From assembly GCF_009914755.1 (NCBI RefSeq), contig NC_060942.1: a stretch of DNA of 64,000 nt. One strand, written 5' to 3'. A program made the position numbers and the translations under genes. Origin of the DNA: the human T2T-CHM13v2.0 reference genome, Homo sapiens. Shown in pieces: positions 1 through 14,241 of the stretch. The notes under the pieces were generated by a model. The model ran no database searches. It was not told where the DNA came from and saw only the letters and a list, made by a program, of their open reading frames with translations. Position 1 is the first letter of the stretch. Each line of letters opens with the position of its first letter.

Positions 1-731
1 ACTTGCTTGGGACCCATCACTTCTTCCTTTTTTTCCTATTTCTCTCTTTTGGAATGGGAATGTCTATTCTACCATCATCTTTTGGAAGCATATAACTTGT
101 ATGGGTTCACAGGTTCACACCTGCAGAAGAATTCTGTTTCAGGAGGGTTTATATCTGGAGACTTACCCAGATGTGGTTTAAATGACATTTAGATGAGATT
201 TTGGACTTTAGACTTTACAGTTGATTTGGGAATAAGTTAAGACTTTTGAGGTTGTTGAGGGAGAATAAAAGCATTTTGCATGGAAGAAGAACATGAAGTT
301 CAGGGGCTCAGGGATGGAAAACTATGAACTGAATTGCGTCCCTCCAAAACTCATATGTTGAAGTCTTTATGCTCAAGTGACTACATTTGAAGACAGGGTT
401 TCTAGGAGATAATTAAGGTTTAAAGAGATCATAAGGGAGTGGTCCTATCTCAATAAGACTGGTAACATTATAATAAAAAAAAAAAGACAAATCTGTCTCT
501 ATACCACCCCTCCCTCCCCTGCCCCACATGCATGGACCAAGGAAAGGCCACGTGAATACACAGCAAGAAGGCAGCCGTCTACAAGCCAGAAGAAGAGCCC
601 TCACCAGAACTTGACTATGCCGGCACTCTGATCTTGGACTTTCAGCTTCCAAAACTTCTATGAGAAAAGAAGTGTCTGTTGTCTAAGCCACCCAGTCTGT
701 GGTATTTTGTTATGGCAGCCTAAGCTAAAAC
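1..731 (+). mobile_element. MaLR (MLT1A-like) element: 3' end of the internal region plus the LTR (~322-731)
   Basis: LTR starts with ...tatgaactgaattgcgtccctccaaaactcatatgttgaag and ends with cccagtctgtggtattttgttatggcagcc...aca; preceded by MaLR-internal-like sequence and a purine-rich tract. Confidence 0.75.
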
Positions 732-778
732 AGGGCTTAAATAAAACATAAGGTAGAGTCACTACAATAATCCCATAA

Positions 779-1108
<330 letters not shown>

Positions 1109-1131
1109 CGTGTCATTTGTTTTTTAATCTA

Positions 1132-1275
<144 letters not shown>

Positions 1276-1730
1276 CTAGAGGGAAAAAAGGGAAACAGAA
1301 ATATTTGAGGTAAGTTTCTAAAAATAAAATGCAGGAAGGTTAAAACAAGAATTTTTAATGAAAACAAAGTGAAAATGTATTTTAGACTTGGTTTTAATCC
1401 ATTATTCAGCCAAAAAAGGCAAACAAAAAAATTTGTTTCTCTTTAAAAAGTTAAACATAACAATTTTTTGACAGAAGCTATTTTTCCCATAATGTAGACA
1501 AAATGTAGTTTTCCAGTGTATGCACATTTGAATCAATTTCAAATAAGATTCAGATTTGTTAATATACAACTTCTAAGAAATATTCTAGTCAAAAATCATT
1601 CACGTTACCTAAAAAGAAAAGTCAAAAGAGACATTTTCATGTGGCAAGTTTATATGCTTGAAATGTGTTGGACACAGCACATTCCCTTTCAAGCAAATGT
1701 TCAGAAGATAGACAGCTTTAACGCGCTCAC

Positions 1731-1859
1731 CAAGCTCCCAGCCTGGGCCATCATCTCATGGGATAAGTGAAGCAAGCAAAGAATTGTGCTCTTTGTAACA
1801 CCTTTTCCCATGAAGGACATAGCATTTCCTCCACGCTCCACATAAAAAGAAGTAATGAC
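1731..1859 (-). CDS. RTTN: Rotatin coding exon (probably exon 29), 129 nt
   Basis: tttttcag|GTCATT...AGCTTG|gtgagc; [43 protein letters not shown]. Confidence 0.95.
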
Positions 1860-2062
1860 CTGAAAAACAAATGTAAACAATTTCATGGTGGCTTTATTCT
1901 CAATGGTATATAAAGATAAATATATAACTGTCTACTGACTTGTATGAATTGAATCCTTACCTTATAAAGTTGTAATATTTTTAGTTTATATACTTAAAAA
2001 TGAATAAGATGGTAAATTTTATGTTATGGGTATTTTACCATTGTTAAAAGAAAATATTCTTC

Positions 2063-2280
<218 letters not shown>

Positions 2281-2426
2281 TCTTAGTTTCAATATTTTTC
2301 CTTTTAAAGTCTGTAAAAAAAAAAAAAGATGTGTGGTGCCCTCCTAGTACACAGTTGTAACTTAGAATATGCTTATAATATTTTTAAAAATGTTATAGCA
2401 TCCTTTTAAAGAGTTTATGAATAATT

Positions 2427-5400
2427 TGTGCTGGTTTTCAAGGGGAATGCTTCCAGCTTTTGCTCATTCAGTATGATATTGGCTGTGGGTTTGTCACAAA
2501 TAGGTCTTATTATTTTGAGATATGTCTCATCAATACCTAGTTTATTGAGAATTTTTAGCATGAAGAGATGTTGAATTTTATCGAAAGACTTTTCTGCATC
2601 TATTGAGATAATCATGTGGTTTTTCTCACTGGTTCTGTTTATGTGATGGATTACATTTATTGATTTGCATATGTTGAACGGGCCTTGCATCCCAGGGATG
2701 AAGCCAACTTGATCATGGTGGATAAGCTTTTTGATGTGCTGCTGGATTCGGTTTGCCAGTCTTTTATTGAGGATTTTGCATTGATGTTCCTCAGTGATAA
2801 TGACCTGAAATTTTCTTTTTTTGTTGTGTCTCTGCCAGATTTTGGTATCAGGATGATGCTGGCCTCATAAAATGAGTTACGGAGGATTCCCTCTTTTCTA
2901 TCATTTGGAATAGTTTCAGAAGGAATGGTACCAGATCCTCTTTGTACCTCTAGTAGAATTCGGCTATGAATCCCTCTGGTCCTTTTCTTGGTTGCTAGGC
3001 TATTAATTATTGCCTCAATTTCAGAGCCTGTTATTGGTCTATTCAGGAATTCAACTTCTTCCTGGTTTAGTCTTGGGAGGGTGTATGTGTCCAGGAATTT
3101 ATCCATTTCTTCTAGATTTTCTAGTTTATTTGCGTAGAGGTGTTTATAACACTCTGACGGTAGTTTGGATTTCTGTGGGATCAGTGCTGATCTCCCTTTT
3201 ATCATTTTTTATTGTGTCTATTTGATTCTTCTCTCTTTTCTTCTTTATTAGTCAGGCTAGTGGTCTATCTATTTTGTTGATCTTTTCCAAAACACCAGCT
3301 CCTGGATTCATTGATTTTTTTTGAAGGGTTTTTTGTGTCTCTTGTCGCCTTCAGTTCTGCTCTGATCTTAGTTATTTCTTGTCTTCTGCTAGCTTTTGAA
3401 TTTGTTTGCCATTGCTTCTCTAGTTCTTCTAATTGTGATGTTAGGGTGTCGATTTTAGATCTTTCCCCCTTCCTCCTGTGGGCATTTGGTGAAACACTGC
3501 TTTAGCTGTGTCCCAGAGATTCTGGTATATTGTGTCTTTGTTCTCTTTGGTTTCAAAGAACTAATTTATTTCTGCCTTAATTGTGTTATTTACCCAGTAG
3601 TCATTCAGGAGCAGGTTGTTCAGTTTCCATGTAGTTGTGCGGTTTGTAGTTAGTTTCTCAATGCTGACTTCTAATTTGATTCCACTGTGGTCTGAGGGGC
3701 TGTTTGTTATGATTTCCATTCTTTTGAGTTTGCTGAGGAGTGTTTTACTTCCAATTATGTGGTCAATTTTAGAATAAGTGCGATGTGGTGCTGAGAAGAA
3801 TGTATATTCTGTTGATTTGGGGTGGAGAGTTCTGTAGATGTCTATTAGGTCCGCTTGGTCCAGAGCTGAGTTCAACTCTTGAATATCCCTTTTTTTTTTT
3901 CTGAATATTCTTTTTAATTTTCAGTCTCGTTGATCTAATATTGACAGTGAGGTGTTAAAGTCTCCCACTGTTATTGTGTGGAAATCTAAGTCTCTTTGTA
4001 GGTCTCTAAGAACTTGCTTTACGAATCTGGGTGCTCCTGTATTGGGTGCATATATATTTAGGACAGTTAGCTCTTCTTGCTGCATTGATCCCTTTATCAT
4101 TATGTAATGCCTTGTTTTTTTTTTTTATCTTTGTTGGTTTAAAATCTGTTTTATCAGTGATGAAAATTGCAACTCCTGCTTTTTTTTTTTCTTTCCATTT
4201 GCTTGGTAAATCATCCTCCATCCCTTTATTTCAAACTTATGTGTGTCTTGCATGTGAGATGGGTCTCCTGAATACAGCACACTGATAGGTCTTGCCTCTT
4301 TATCCAATTTGCCAGTCTGTGTCTTTTAATTGGGGCATTTAGCCTGTTTACATTTAAGATTAATATTGTTATGTGTGAATTGATCCTGTCATTACGATGT
4401 TAGCTGGTTATTTTGCCCATTAGTTGACGCAGTTTCTTCATAGCATCAATGGTCTTTATAATTTGGTATGCTTTTGTAGTGGTTGGTACTGGTTGTTCCT
4501 TTCCATATTTAGTGCTTTCTTCAGGAGCTCTTGTAAGGCAGGCCTGGTGGTGACAAAATCTCTCAGCATTTGCTTGTCTGTAAAGGATTTTCTCCTTCGC
4601 TTTTGAAGCTTAGTTTGGCTAGATATGAAATTCTGGGTTGAAAATTATTTTCTTTATTAATGAATATAGGCCCCCACTCTCTTCTGGCTTGCAGGGTGTC
4701 TGAGAGAGATCCGCTGGTAAGACTAACAGGGATGGGCTTCCCTTTGTGGGTAACCCGACCTCTCTGGCTGCCCTTAATATATTTTCCTTCATTTCAGCCT
4801 TGGTAAATCTGACGATTACATGTCTTGGGGTTGCTCTTCTCGGGGAGCATGTTTGTGGTGATCTCTGTATTTCCTGAATTGGAATGCTGGCCTGTCTTGA
4901 TAGGTTGGGGAAGTTCTCCTAGGTAATATCCTGAAGAGTTTTTTCCAATTTGGTCCATTCTCCCTGTCACTTTCAGGTACATCAATCAAACGTAGGTTCA
5001 CTCTTTTCACATAGTCCCATATTTCTTGGAGGCTTTGCTCATTCCCTTTTGTTTTTTTTTTTTCTCTAATCTTGTCTTCTTGCTTTATTTCATTAAGTTG
5101 ATCTTCAATCTCTGATATCCTTTCTTCTGATTCATCGATTCGGCTATTGATACTCATGTATGTGTCACGAAGTTCTGGTGCTGTTTTTTTCAGCTCCATC
5201 AGGTCATTTATGTTCTTCTCTAAACTGGTTATTGTAGTTAGCAATTCCTCTACCCTTTATCCAAGGTTATTAGCTTCCTTGCATTGAGTTAGAACATGCT
5301 CCTTTAGCTTGGAGGAGTTTGTTATTACCTACCTTCTGAAGCCTACTTCTGTCAATTCACCAAACTCATTCTCTATCCAGTTTTGTTCCCTTGCTGTCAA

Positions 5401-5967
5401 GGAGTTGTGATCCTTTGGAGGAAAAGAGGCATTCTGGTTTTTGGAACTTTCCGCATTTTTGCACTGGGTTTTCCTCATCTTCATGGATTTATCTACCTTT
5501 GGTCTTTGATGTTGGTGACCTTTGGATGGGGTCTCTGAGTGGAAGTCCTTTTTGTTGGTGTTGATGCTATTCCTGTTTGTTAGTTTTCCTTCTAACAGTC
5601 AGGCCCCTCTGCTGCTGGTCTGCTGGAGTTGGCTGGAGGTCCACTCCAGACCCTGTTTGCCTGGGTATCACCAGCGGAGGCTGCAGAACAGCAAAGATTG
5701 CTGCCTGTTCCTTACTCTGGAAGCTTCGTCCCAGAGGGGCACTGCCAGATGCCAGCAGAGCTCTCCTATATGAGGTGTCTGTCAACCCCTGCTGGGAGGT
5801 GTCTCCCAGTCAGGAGGCACGGGGTTCAGGGACCAACTTAAGGAGGTAGTCTGTCCCTTAGCAGAGCTTGAGTGCTGTGCTGGGAGATCCACTGCTCTCT
5901 TCAGAGCCGGCAGGCAAGAATATTTAAGTTTGCTGAAGCTGTGCCCACAGCTGCCCCTTCCCCAAGG
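2427..5967 (-). mobile_element. L1PA (about PA7/8) internal fragment: partial 5'UTR, ORF1, ORF2 endonuclease to early RT; degenerate
   Basis: ORF track fragments matching ORF1p (LEKNINDLMELK) and ORF2p ([25 protein letters not shown]); no 3'UTR or poly(A). Confidence 0.93.
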
Positions 5968-7140
5968 TCAAAAATTTAAAATTTTAAGTGACTACTTGAA
6001 AAATAAAATATCTAAATGATCAGATCCTTATTATCTTCCTCTAAGTCATCTTTGGAGATATCTAACATCTGTGATCTGTGTAATGATTTTTAATTCTAGC
6101 TTATAAATGACAAGCCAAGACCTTTGCCAGTATTTTCTTTCAACTTGATATTTTTGTCAGACCTCTGGAATTATACATCATGTATCTGATTTAAAGATTT
6201 AATTATCATAGTTTATTCACCTATCATAATTAATCATGCTTAGTTAAAAAGTCTCATTTCACAGCTACAAAAAGCAAATACTCATATTCAAATTTCACTG
6301 TGCAGAAACAAGCTAATCTTTTATTAGAAATATGGCTCCCTTCCAAAAAGGAAACAGCTTTAATTACTAAGAAACTATGAAGCAAATCATTTGGACCAAC
6401 AATGACTTTGTTTCAATGTTCTCTCACATAAGCCTTACTTTATTCTTTAAAAGATGAATTTAGTCATTAGTAGTACAACAGGGATACCTGTTTATGTAAT
6501 TAATAAACTAAGCAGATAGTCCCAAGATTAAATGTTACCCTGCTACAATTTTTAACAAAAGTGACAGATTCTTTCCTAATATTTGCCTGCCATTTAACAT
6601 AAAGTCATAAAGATTTTCTGCTCGAGATGTTTTATGAAGCACAAAACGACCTCCTTTTTAAACCAAAGCAAGATTGGCTAATCAAATTTTTTATAACTGC
6701 GAAACATTACATAACAGGGACTGTGCTTTTTATGTATCCTTTAGCTAACAAACTGTTACTAAATTTTATTACCTCAAAGACAACTGAACACAGAATGGAC
6801 TACTGCCTTTTTGCCTACACTTCTTACCTAAAACTAAGCCCTTTTGTTCTCCAATACATTAACAGTTCATTTCAATTTCTGGTATTTGAAACGTAGGTGT
6901 GATCTAAAGTCTTTGCACGTAATTTTAAAACAAAAGCACTTCTGATAGTTTCTAAACATAAATGAGGCAACACTTCACTTCTTCTTTAGTTACCGCTGTG
7001 GCAGGTCCTCACCTATTCCTGATTTCAAAGAGTAAAACTCATTTTCTAGAGGAGACTGACTCTGTAAAAGGTTGATAAATAGAGTATTTATAAATCACAT
7101 GACAAAAAATGCTATAGGTACTTATAGGTTCAATTATATA

Positions 7141-7517
7141 TTTTTTTTAATTTTTAAACTTTTAGGTTCACGGGTAACGTGAATGTTTGTTACACAAGTA
7201 AACTCATGAGAACAAAGTTACAACACATCAGAATCTCTGGGACACAGCTAAGGCAGTGTTAAGAGGGAAATTCGTAGCACTAAATGCCTCCATCAAAAAG
7301 TTAGAAAGATCTCAAATTAACAACTTAACATCACAACTGAAAGAATTAGAGCAGCAATAACAAATCAACCCCAAACTAGCAGAAGACAAGAAATAACCAA
7401 AATCAGAGCTGAACTGAAGGAAATCAAGATATGAAAAACCATTCGAAAGGTCACTAGATCCAGGAGTTGTTTTTTTGAAAAACTTAATGAGATAGATAGG
7501 CCACTAGCTAGACTAAC
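7141..7517. mobile_element. Short 5'-inverted L1: minus-strand 3' end (7141-7207) joined to a plus-strand ORF2 fragment (7208-7517)
   Basis: poly-T plus L1PA 3' terminus, then cagaatctctgggacacagctaagg...ccactagctagactaa; AATTATAT repeated on both flanks. Confidence 0.75.
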
Positions 7518-9564
7518 TGAATTATATTTTAAATGCACTAGAGGAGCTGACTTTCTAAGAAATATTATCATTAACTCTTTAATATACCTGTTTTTTAAAA
7601 TTCATACATTTCTAATAGACAGCAGAAAATAACTAATTAGTATACTGACAGTTGAAACTTTTTTAATATTTATAATTAAAAAATGAAGTTTATTTTATTT
7701 TTTTAATATACTTAAAGTTCTAGAGTACATGTGCACAACGTACAGGTTTGTTACATATGTATACATGTGCCATGTTGGTGTGCTGCACCTGTTAACTTGT
7801 CATTTATATTAGGTATATCTCCTGATGCTATCCCTCCACCCTCCTCCTACCCCATGACAGGCCCTGGTGTGTGATGTTCCCTACCCTGTTTCCAAGTTTT
7901 TCATTGTTCAATTCCCACTTATGAGCACGAACATGCAGTGTTCGGTTATCTGTCCTTGCGATAGTTTGCTGAGAACGATGGTTTCCAGCTTCATCCATGT
8001 CCCTACAAAGGACATGAACTCATCCTATTTTATGGCTGCATAGTATTACATGGTGTATATGTGCCAAATTTTCTTCACCCAGTCTATTGCTGATGGACAT
8101 TTGGGCTAGTTCCATGAATACAGCAGCATGATTTATAATCCTTTGGGTATATACCCAGTAATGGAATGGCTGGGTAAAATGGTATTTCTAGTTCTAGATC
8201 CTTAAGGAATCACCACACTGTCTGCCACAATGGTTGAACTAGTTTACAGTTCCACCAACAGTGTAAAAATGTTCCTATTTCTCCACATCCTCTCCAGCAC
8301 CTGTTGTTTCCTGACATTTTAATGTTGCCATTCTGACTGGTGTGAGATGGTTTCTCATTGTCGTTTTGATTTGCATTTCTCCGATGATGAGCATTCTTTC
8401 ATGTGTCTGTTGGCTGCATAAATGTCTTCTTTTGAGAAGTGTCTGTTCATATCCTTCGCCCACTTTTTGATGGAGTTGTTTTTTTCTTGCAAAATTTCTT
8501 TAAGTTCTTTATAGATTCTGGATATTAGCCCTTTGTCAGATGCGTAGATTGCAAAAATTTTCTCCCATTCTGTAGGTTGCCTGTTCACTCTGATGGTAGT
8601 TTCTTTTGCTATGCAGAAGCTCTTTAGTTTAATTAGATCCCATTTGTCTATTTTGGCTTTTGTTGCCATTGCTTTTGGTATTTTAGTCATGAAGTCCTTG
8701 CCCATGCCTATGTCCTGAATGGTATTGCCTAGGTTTTCTTCTTGGGTTTTTATGGTTTTAGGTCTAACATTTAAGTCTTTAATCCATCTTGAATTAATTT
8801 TTGTATAAGGTGTAAGGAAGGGATCCAGTTTCAGCTTTCTACATATGGCTAGCCAGTTTTCCCAGTACCATTTACTAAATACGGAATGCTTTCCCCATTT
8901 CTTCTTTTTGTCAGGTTTGTCAAAGATCAGATGGTTGTAGATGTGTGGTATTATTTCTGAGGGCTCTGTTCTGTTCCATTGGTCTATATCTCTGTTTTGG
9001 TACCAGTACCATGCTGTTTTGGTTACTGTAGCCTTGTAGTACAGTTTGAAGTCAGGTAGCATGATGCCTCCAGCTTTGTTCTTTGGCTTAGGATTGTCTT
9101 GGCAATGCAGGCTCTTTTTTATTTCCATTTGAACTTTAAAGTAGTTTTTTCCAATTCTGTGAAGAAAGTCATTGGTAGCTTGATGAAGGTGGCATTGAAT
9201 CTATAAATTACCTTGGCCAGTATGGCCATTTTCATGATATTGATTCTTCCTATCCACAAGCATGGAATGTTCTTCCATTTGTTTGTGTCCTCTTTTATTT
9301 TGTTGAGCAGTGGTTTGCAGTTCTCCTTGAAGACGTCCTTCACATCCCTTGTAAGTTGGATTCCTAGGTATTTTATTCTCTTTGAAGCAATTGTGAATGG
9401 GAGTTCACTCATGATTTAGCTGTTTGTCTGTTATTGGTGTATAGGAATGCCTGTGACTTCTGCACATTGATTTTTTGTATCCTGCGACTTTGCTGAAGTT
9501 GCTTATCAGCTTAAGGAGATTTTGGGCTGAGACGATGGGGTTTTCTAAATATACAATCATGTCA

Positions 9565-10017
<453 letters not shown>

Positions 10018-11937
10018 TCAGTTTGCCAGTATTTTATTGAGGATTTTTGCACTGATGTTCATCAGGGATATGGTCTAAAATTCTCTTTTTTTGTTGTCTC
10101 TCTGCCAGGCTTTGGTATCAGGATGATGCTGGCCTCATAAAATGAGTTAGGGAGGATTCCCTCTTTTTCTATTGACTGGAATAGTTTCAGAAGGAATGGT
10201 ACTAGCTCCTCTTCGTACCTCTGGTAGAATTCAGCTGTGAATCCATCTGGTCCTGGACTTTTTTTGGTTGGTAGGCTAATAATTATTGCCTCAATTTCAG
10301 AGCCTGTTATTGATCTATTCAGAAATTGAACTTCTTCCTGGTTTAGTCTTCGGAGGGTGTATGTGTCCAGAAATTTATCCATTTCTTCTAGATTTTCTAG
10401 TTTATTTGCATAGAGGAGTTTATAGTATTGTCTGATAGTAGTTTGTATTTCTGTGGGATCGGTGTTGATATCCCCTTTATCATTTTTTATTGCATCTATT
10501 TGATTCTTCTCTCTTTTCTTCTTTATTAGTCTTGCTAGTGGTGTATCTATTTTGTTGATCTTTTCAAAAAACCAGCTCCTGGATTCACCAATTTTTTTTA
10601 AGGGTTTTTGTGTCTGTACCTCCTTCATTTCTGCTCTGTTATTAGTTATTTCTTGCCTTCTGCTAGCTTTTGAATGTGTTTACTCTTGCTTTTCTACTTC
10701 TTTTAACTGTGATGTTAGGGTGTCAGTTTTAGATCTTTCCTGCTTTCTCCTGTGGGCATTTAGTGCTATAAATTTCCCTTTACACACTGCTTTAAATGTG
10801 TCCCAGAAATTCTGGTATATTGTGTCTTTGTTCTCACTGGTTTCAAAGAGCATCTTTATTTCTGCCTTCATTTCGTTATGTACCCAGTAGTCATTCAGGA
10901 GCAGGTTGTTCAGTTTCCATGTAGTTGAGCTGTTCTGAGTGAGTTTCTTAATCCTGAGTTCCAGTTTGATTGCACTGTGGTTTGAGACACAGTTTATCAT
11001 AAATTCTGTTCTTTTTCATTTGCTGAGGAGTGCTTTAATTCCAACTATGTGGTCAATTTTGGAATAAGTGTGATGTGGTGCTGAGAAGAATGTACATTCT
11101 GTTGATTTGGGGTGGAGAGTTCTGTAGATGCCTATTAGGTCCACTTGGTGCAGAGCTGAGTTCAAGTCCTGGATATCCTTGTTAACTTTCTGTCTCACTG
11201 ATCTGTCTAATGTTGACAGTGGGGTGTTAAAGTCTCCCATTATTATTGTGTGGAGTCCAAGTCTCTTTGTAGGTCTCTAAGGACTTGCTTTATGAATCTG
11301 GGTGCTCCTGTACTGGGTGCATATATATTTAGGATAGTTAGCTCTTCTTCTTGAACTGATCCCTTTACCATTATGTAATGGCCTTGTCTCTTTAGATCTT
11401 TGTTGGTTTAAAGTCTGTTTTATCGGAGAGAGGATTGCAACCCCTGCCTTTTTTTGTTTTCCATTTGCTTGGTTGATCTTCCTCCATCCCTTTATTTTGA
11501 GCCTATGTATGTCTCTGCACGTGAGATGAGTCTCCTGAATATAGCACACTGATGGGTCTTGACTCTTTATCCAACTTCCCAGTCTGTATCTTTTAATTGG
11601 AGCATTTAGACCATTTACATTTAAGGTTAATATTGTTATGTGTGAATTCAATCCTGTCATCATGATGTTAGCTGGTTATTTTGCTCGTTAGTTGATACAG
11701 TTTCTTCCTAGCATCAATGGTCTTTACAAGTTGGCATGTTTTTGCAGTGGCTGGTACCGCTTGTTCCTTTCCATGTTTAGTGATTCCTTCAGGAGCTCTT
11801 GTAAGGCAGGCCTGGTGGTGACAAATCTCTCAGCATTTGCTTGTCTGTAAAAGATTTTATTTCTCCTTCACTTATGAAACTTAGTTTGGCAGGATATGAA
11901 ATTCTGGGTTGAAAATTCTTTTCTTTAAGAATGTTGA

Positions 11938-12844
11938 GCCTGGCTGCCCCGTCTGGGAAGTGAGGAGCGCCTCTGCCCGGGCGCCCCGTCTGGGAAGTGA
12001 GGAGCGCCTCTGCCCAGCTGTCCAGTCTGGGAAGTGGGGAGCGCCTCTGCCCAGGCGCCCCATCTGGGAAGTGAGGAGCGCCTCTGCCCAGCTGTCCCGT
12101 CTGGGAAGTGAGGAGCGCCTCTGCCCGGCTGCCCCGTCTGGGATGTGAGGAGCGCCTCTGCCCAGCCGCCACCCCGTCTGGGAAGTGAGGATCGCCTCTG
12201 CCTGGCCGCCTCGTCTGGGAAGTGAGGAGCGCCTCTGCCTGGCCGCTGTGCAATCTTCCAAGCATGAAGTGACAGCCTGTCTGCAGGGGTACCCAACAGC
12301 TCTGAAGAGACAGCGACCATCGAGAACGGGCCATGATGACTATGGCAGTTTTGTCAAAAAGAAAAGGGGGAAATGTGGGGAAAAGAAAGAGAGATCAGAT
12401 TGTTACTGTGTCTGTGTAGAAAGAAGTAGACATAGCAGACTCCATTTTGTTCTGTACTAAGAAAAATTTTTCTGCCTTGGGATGCTGTTAATCTATAACC
12501 TTACCCCCAACCACGTGCTCTCTGAAACATGTGCTGTGTCAACTCAGGGTTAAATGGATTAAGGGCGGTGCAAGATGTGCTTTGTTAAACAGATGCTTGA
12601 AGGCAGCATGCTGGTTAAGAGTCACCACCACTCCCTAATCTCAAGTACCCAGGGACACAGACACTGCGGAAGGCCACAGGGACCTCTGCCTAGGAAAACC
12701 AGAGACCTTTGTTCAAGTGTTTATCTGCTGACCTTCTCTCCACTATTATCCTATGACCCTGCCACATCCCCCTCTCCGAGAAACACCCAAGAATGATCAA
12801 TAAATACTTCAAAAAAAAAAAAAAAAAGCAAATCATAAAAAAAA
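11938..12844 (+). mobile_element. 5'-truncated SVA (older, SVA_A-like): VNTR, SINE-R and poly(A)
   Basis: ~37-40 bp GC-rich repeats (cgtctgggaagtgaggagcgcctctgccc); HERV-K LTR-derived SINE-R; AATAAA and poly(A); TSD AAGAATGTTGA at 11927-11937 and 12845-12855. Confidence 0.95.
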
Positions 12845-14241
12845 AAGAATGTTGAATATTGGCCCCCACTCTCTTCTGGCTTATAGAGTTTCTGCCGAGA
12901 GATCCGCTGTTAGTCTGACGGGCTTCCCTTTGCGTGTAACGGGACCTTTCTCTCTGGCTGCCCTTAATATTTTTTCTGTCATTTCAACTTTGGTGAATCT
13001 GACAATTATGTGCCTTGGAGTTGCTCTTCTCAAGGAGTATCTTTGTGGCGTTCTCTGTATTTCCTGAATTTGAATGTTGGCCTGCCTTGCTAGGTTGGGG
13101 AAGTTCTCCTGGATAATATCCTGAAGAGCGTTTTCCAACTTGGTTCCATTCTCCCCGTCACTTTCAGGTACAACAATCAAATGTAGATTTGGTCTTTTCA
13201 CATAGTCCCGTATTTCTTGGAGGCTTTGTTTGTTTCTTTTTATTCTTTTTTCTCTAAACTTCTCTTCTCGCTTCATTTCATTCATTTGATCTTCAATCAC
13301 TGATACCCTTTCTTCCACTTGATCAAATCAGCTACTGAAGCTTGTGCATATGTCATGTAGTTCTTGTGCCATGATTTTCAGCTCCATCAGGTCATTTAAG
13401 GTCTTCTCTATACTGTTTATTCTAGTTAGCCATTCGTCTAATCTTTCTTCAAGGTTTTTAGCTTCTTTGTGATGGGTTCGAACATCCTCCTTTAGCTTGG
13501 AGAAGTTTGTTATTACCAATCTTCTGAAGCCTTCTTCTCTCAACTCGTCAAAGTCATTCTCCGTCCAGCTTTGTTCCGTTGCTGACAAGGAGCTGTGTTC
13601 CTCTGCAGGAGAAGAGGTGCTCTGATTTTTAGAATTTTCAGCTTTTCTGCTCTGTTTTTTCCCCATCTTTGTGGTTTTATCTATCTTTGGTCTTTGATGA
13701 TGGTGACGTACAGATGGGGTTTTGGTGTGGATGTCCTTTCTGTTTGTTAGTTTTCCTTCTAACAGTCAGGACCCTCAGCTGCAGGTCTGCTGGAGTTTGC
13801 TGGAGGTCCACTCCAGACCCTGTTTGCCTGGGTATCACCAGCGGAGGCTGCAGAAGAGCAAATGTTACAGAACAGCAAATGTTGCTGCCTGATCCTTCCT
13901 CTGGAAGCTTCGTCTCAGAGGGGCACCCGGCTGTATGAGGTGTCAGTTGGCCCCTACTGGGAAGTGTCTCCCAGTTAGGCTACTCGGGGGTTGGGGACCC
14001 ACTTGAGGAGGCTGTCTGTCTGTTCTCAGATCTCAAACTCTGTAACGGGAGAACCAGTACTCTCTTCAAAGCTGTCAGACAGGGACGTTTAAGTCTACAG
14101 AGGTTTCTGCTGCCTTTTGTTCAGCTATGCCCTGCCCCCAGAAGTGGAGTCTACAGAGGCAGGCAGGCCTCCTTCAGCTGTGGTGGGTTCCACCCAGTTC
14201 GAGCTTCCCGGCCGCTTTGATTACCTACTCAAGCCTCAGCA

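Noticed and set aside
11938-12245. Regularly spaced ~38-bp repeats superficially like a CRISPR array
   Set aside because: Tandem units without unique spacers, next to SINE-R, in a primate intron; this is the SVA VNTR
11789-12334. Overlapping 126-181 aa repetitive ORFs (AEALLTSQ / RGAPHFPD repeats)
   Set aside because: These are stop-poor readings of the GC-rich SVA VNTR running into L1 ORF1; nothing supports a gene
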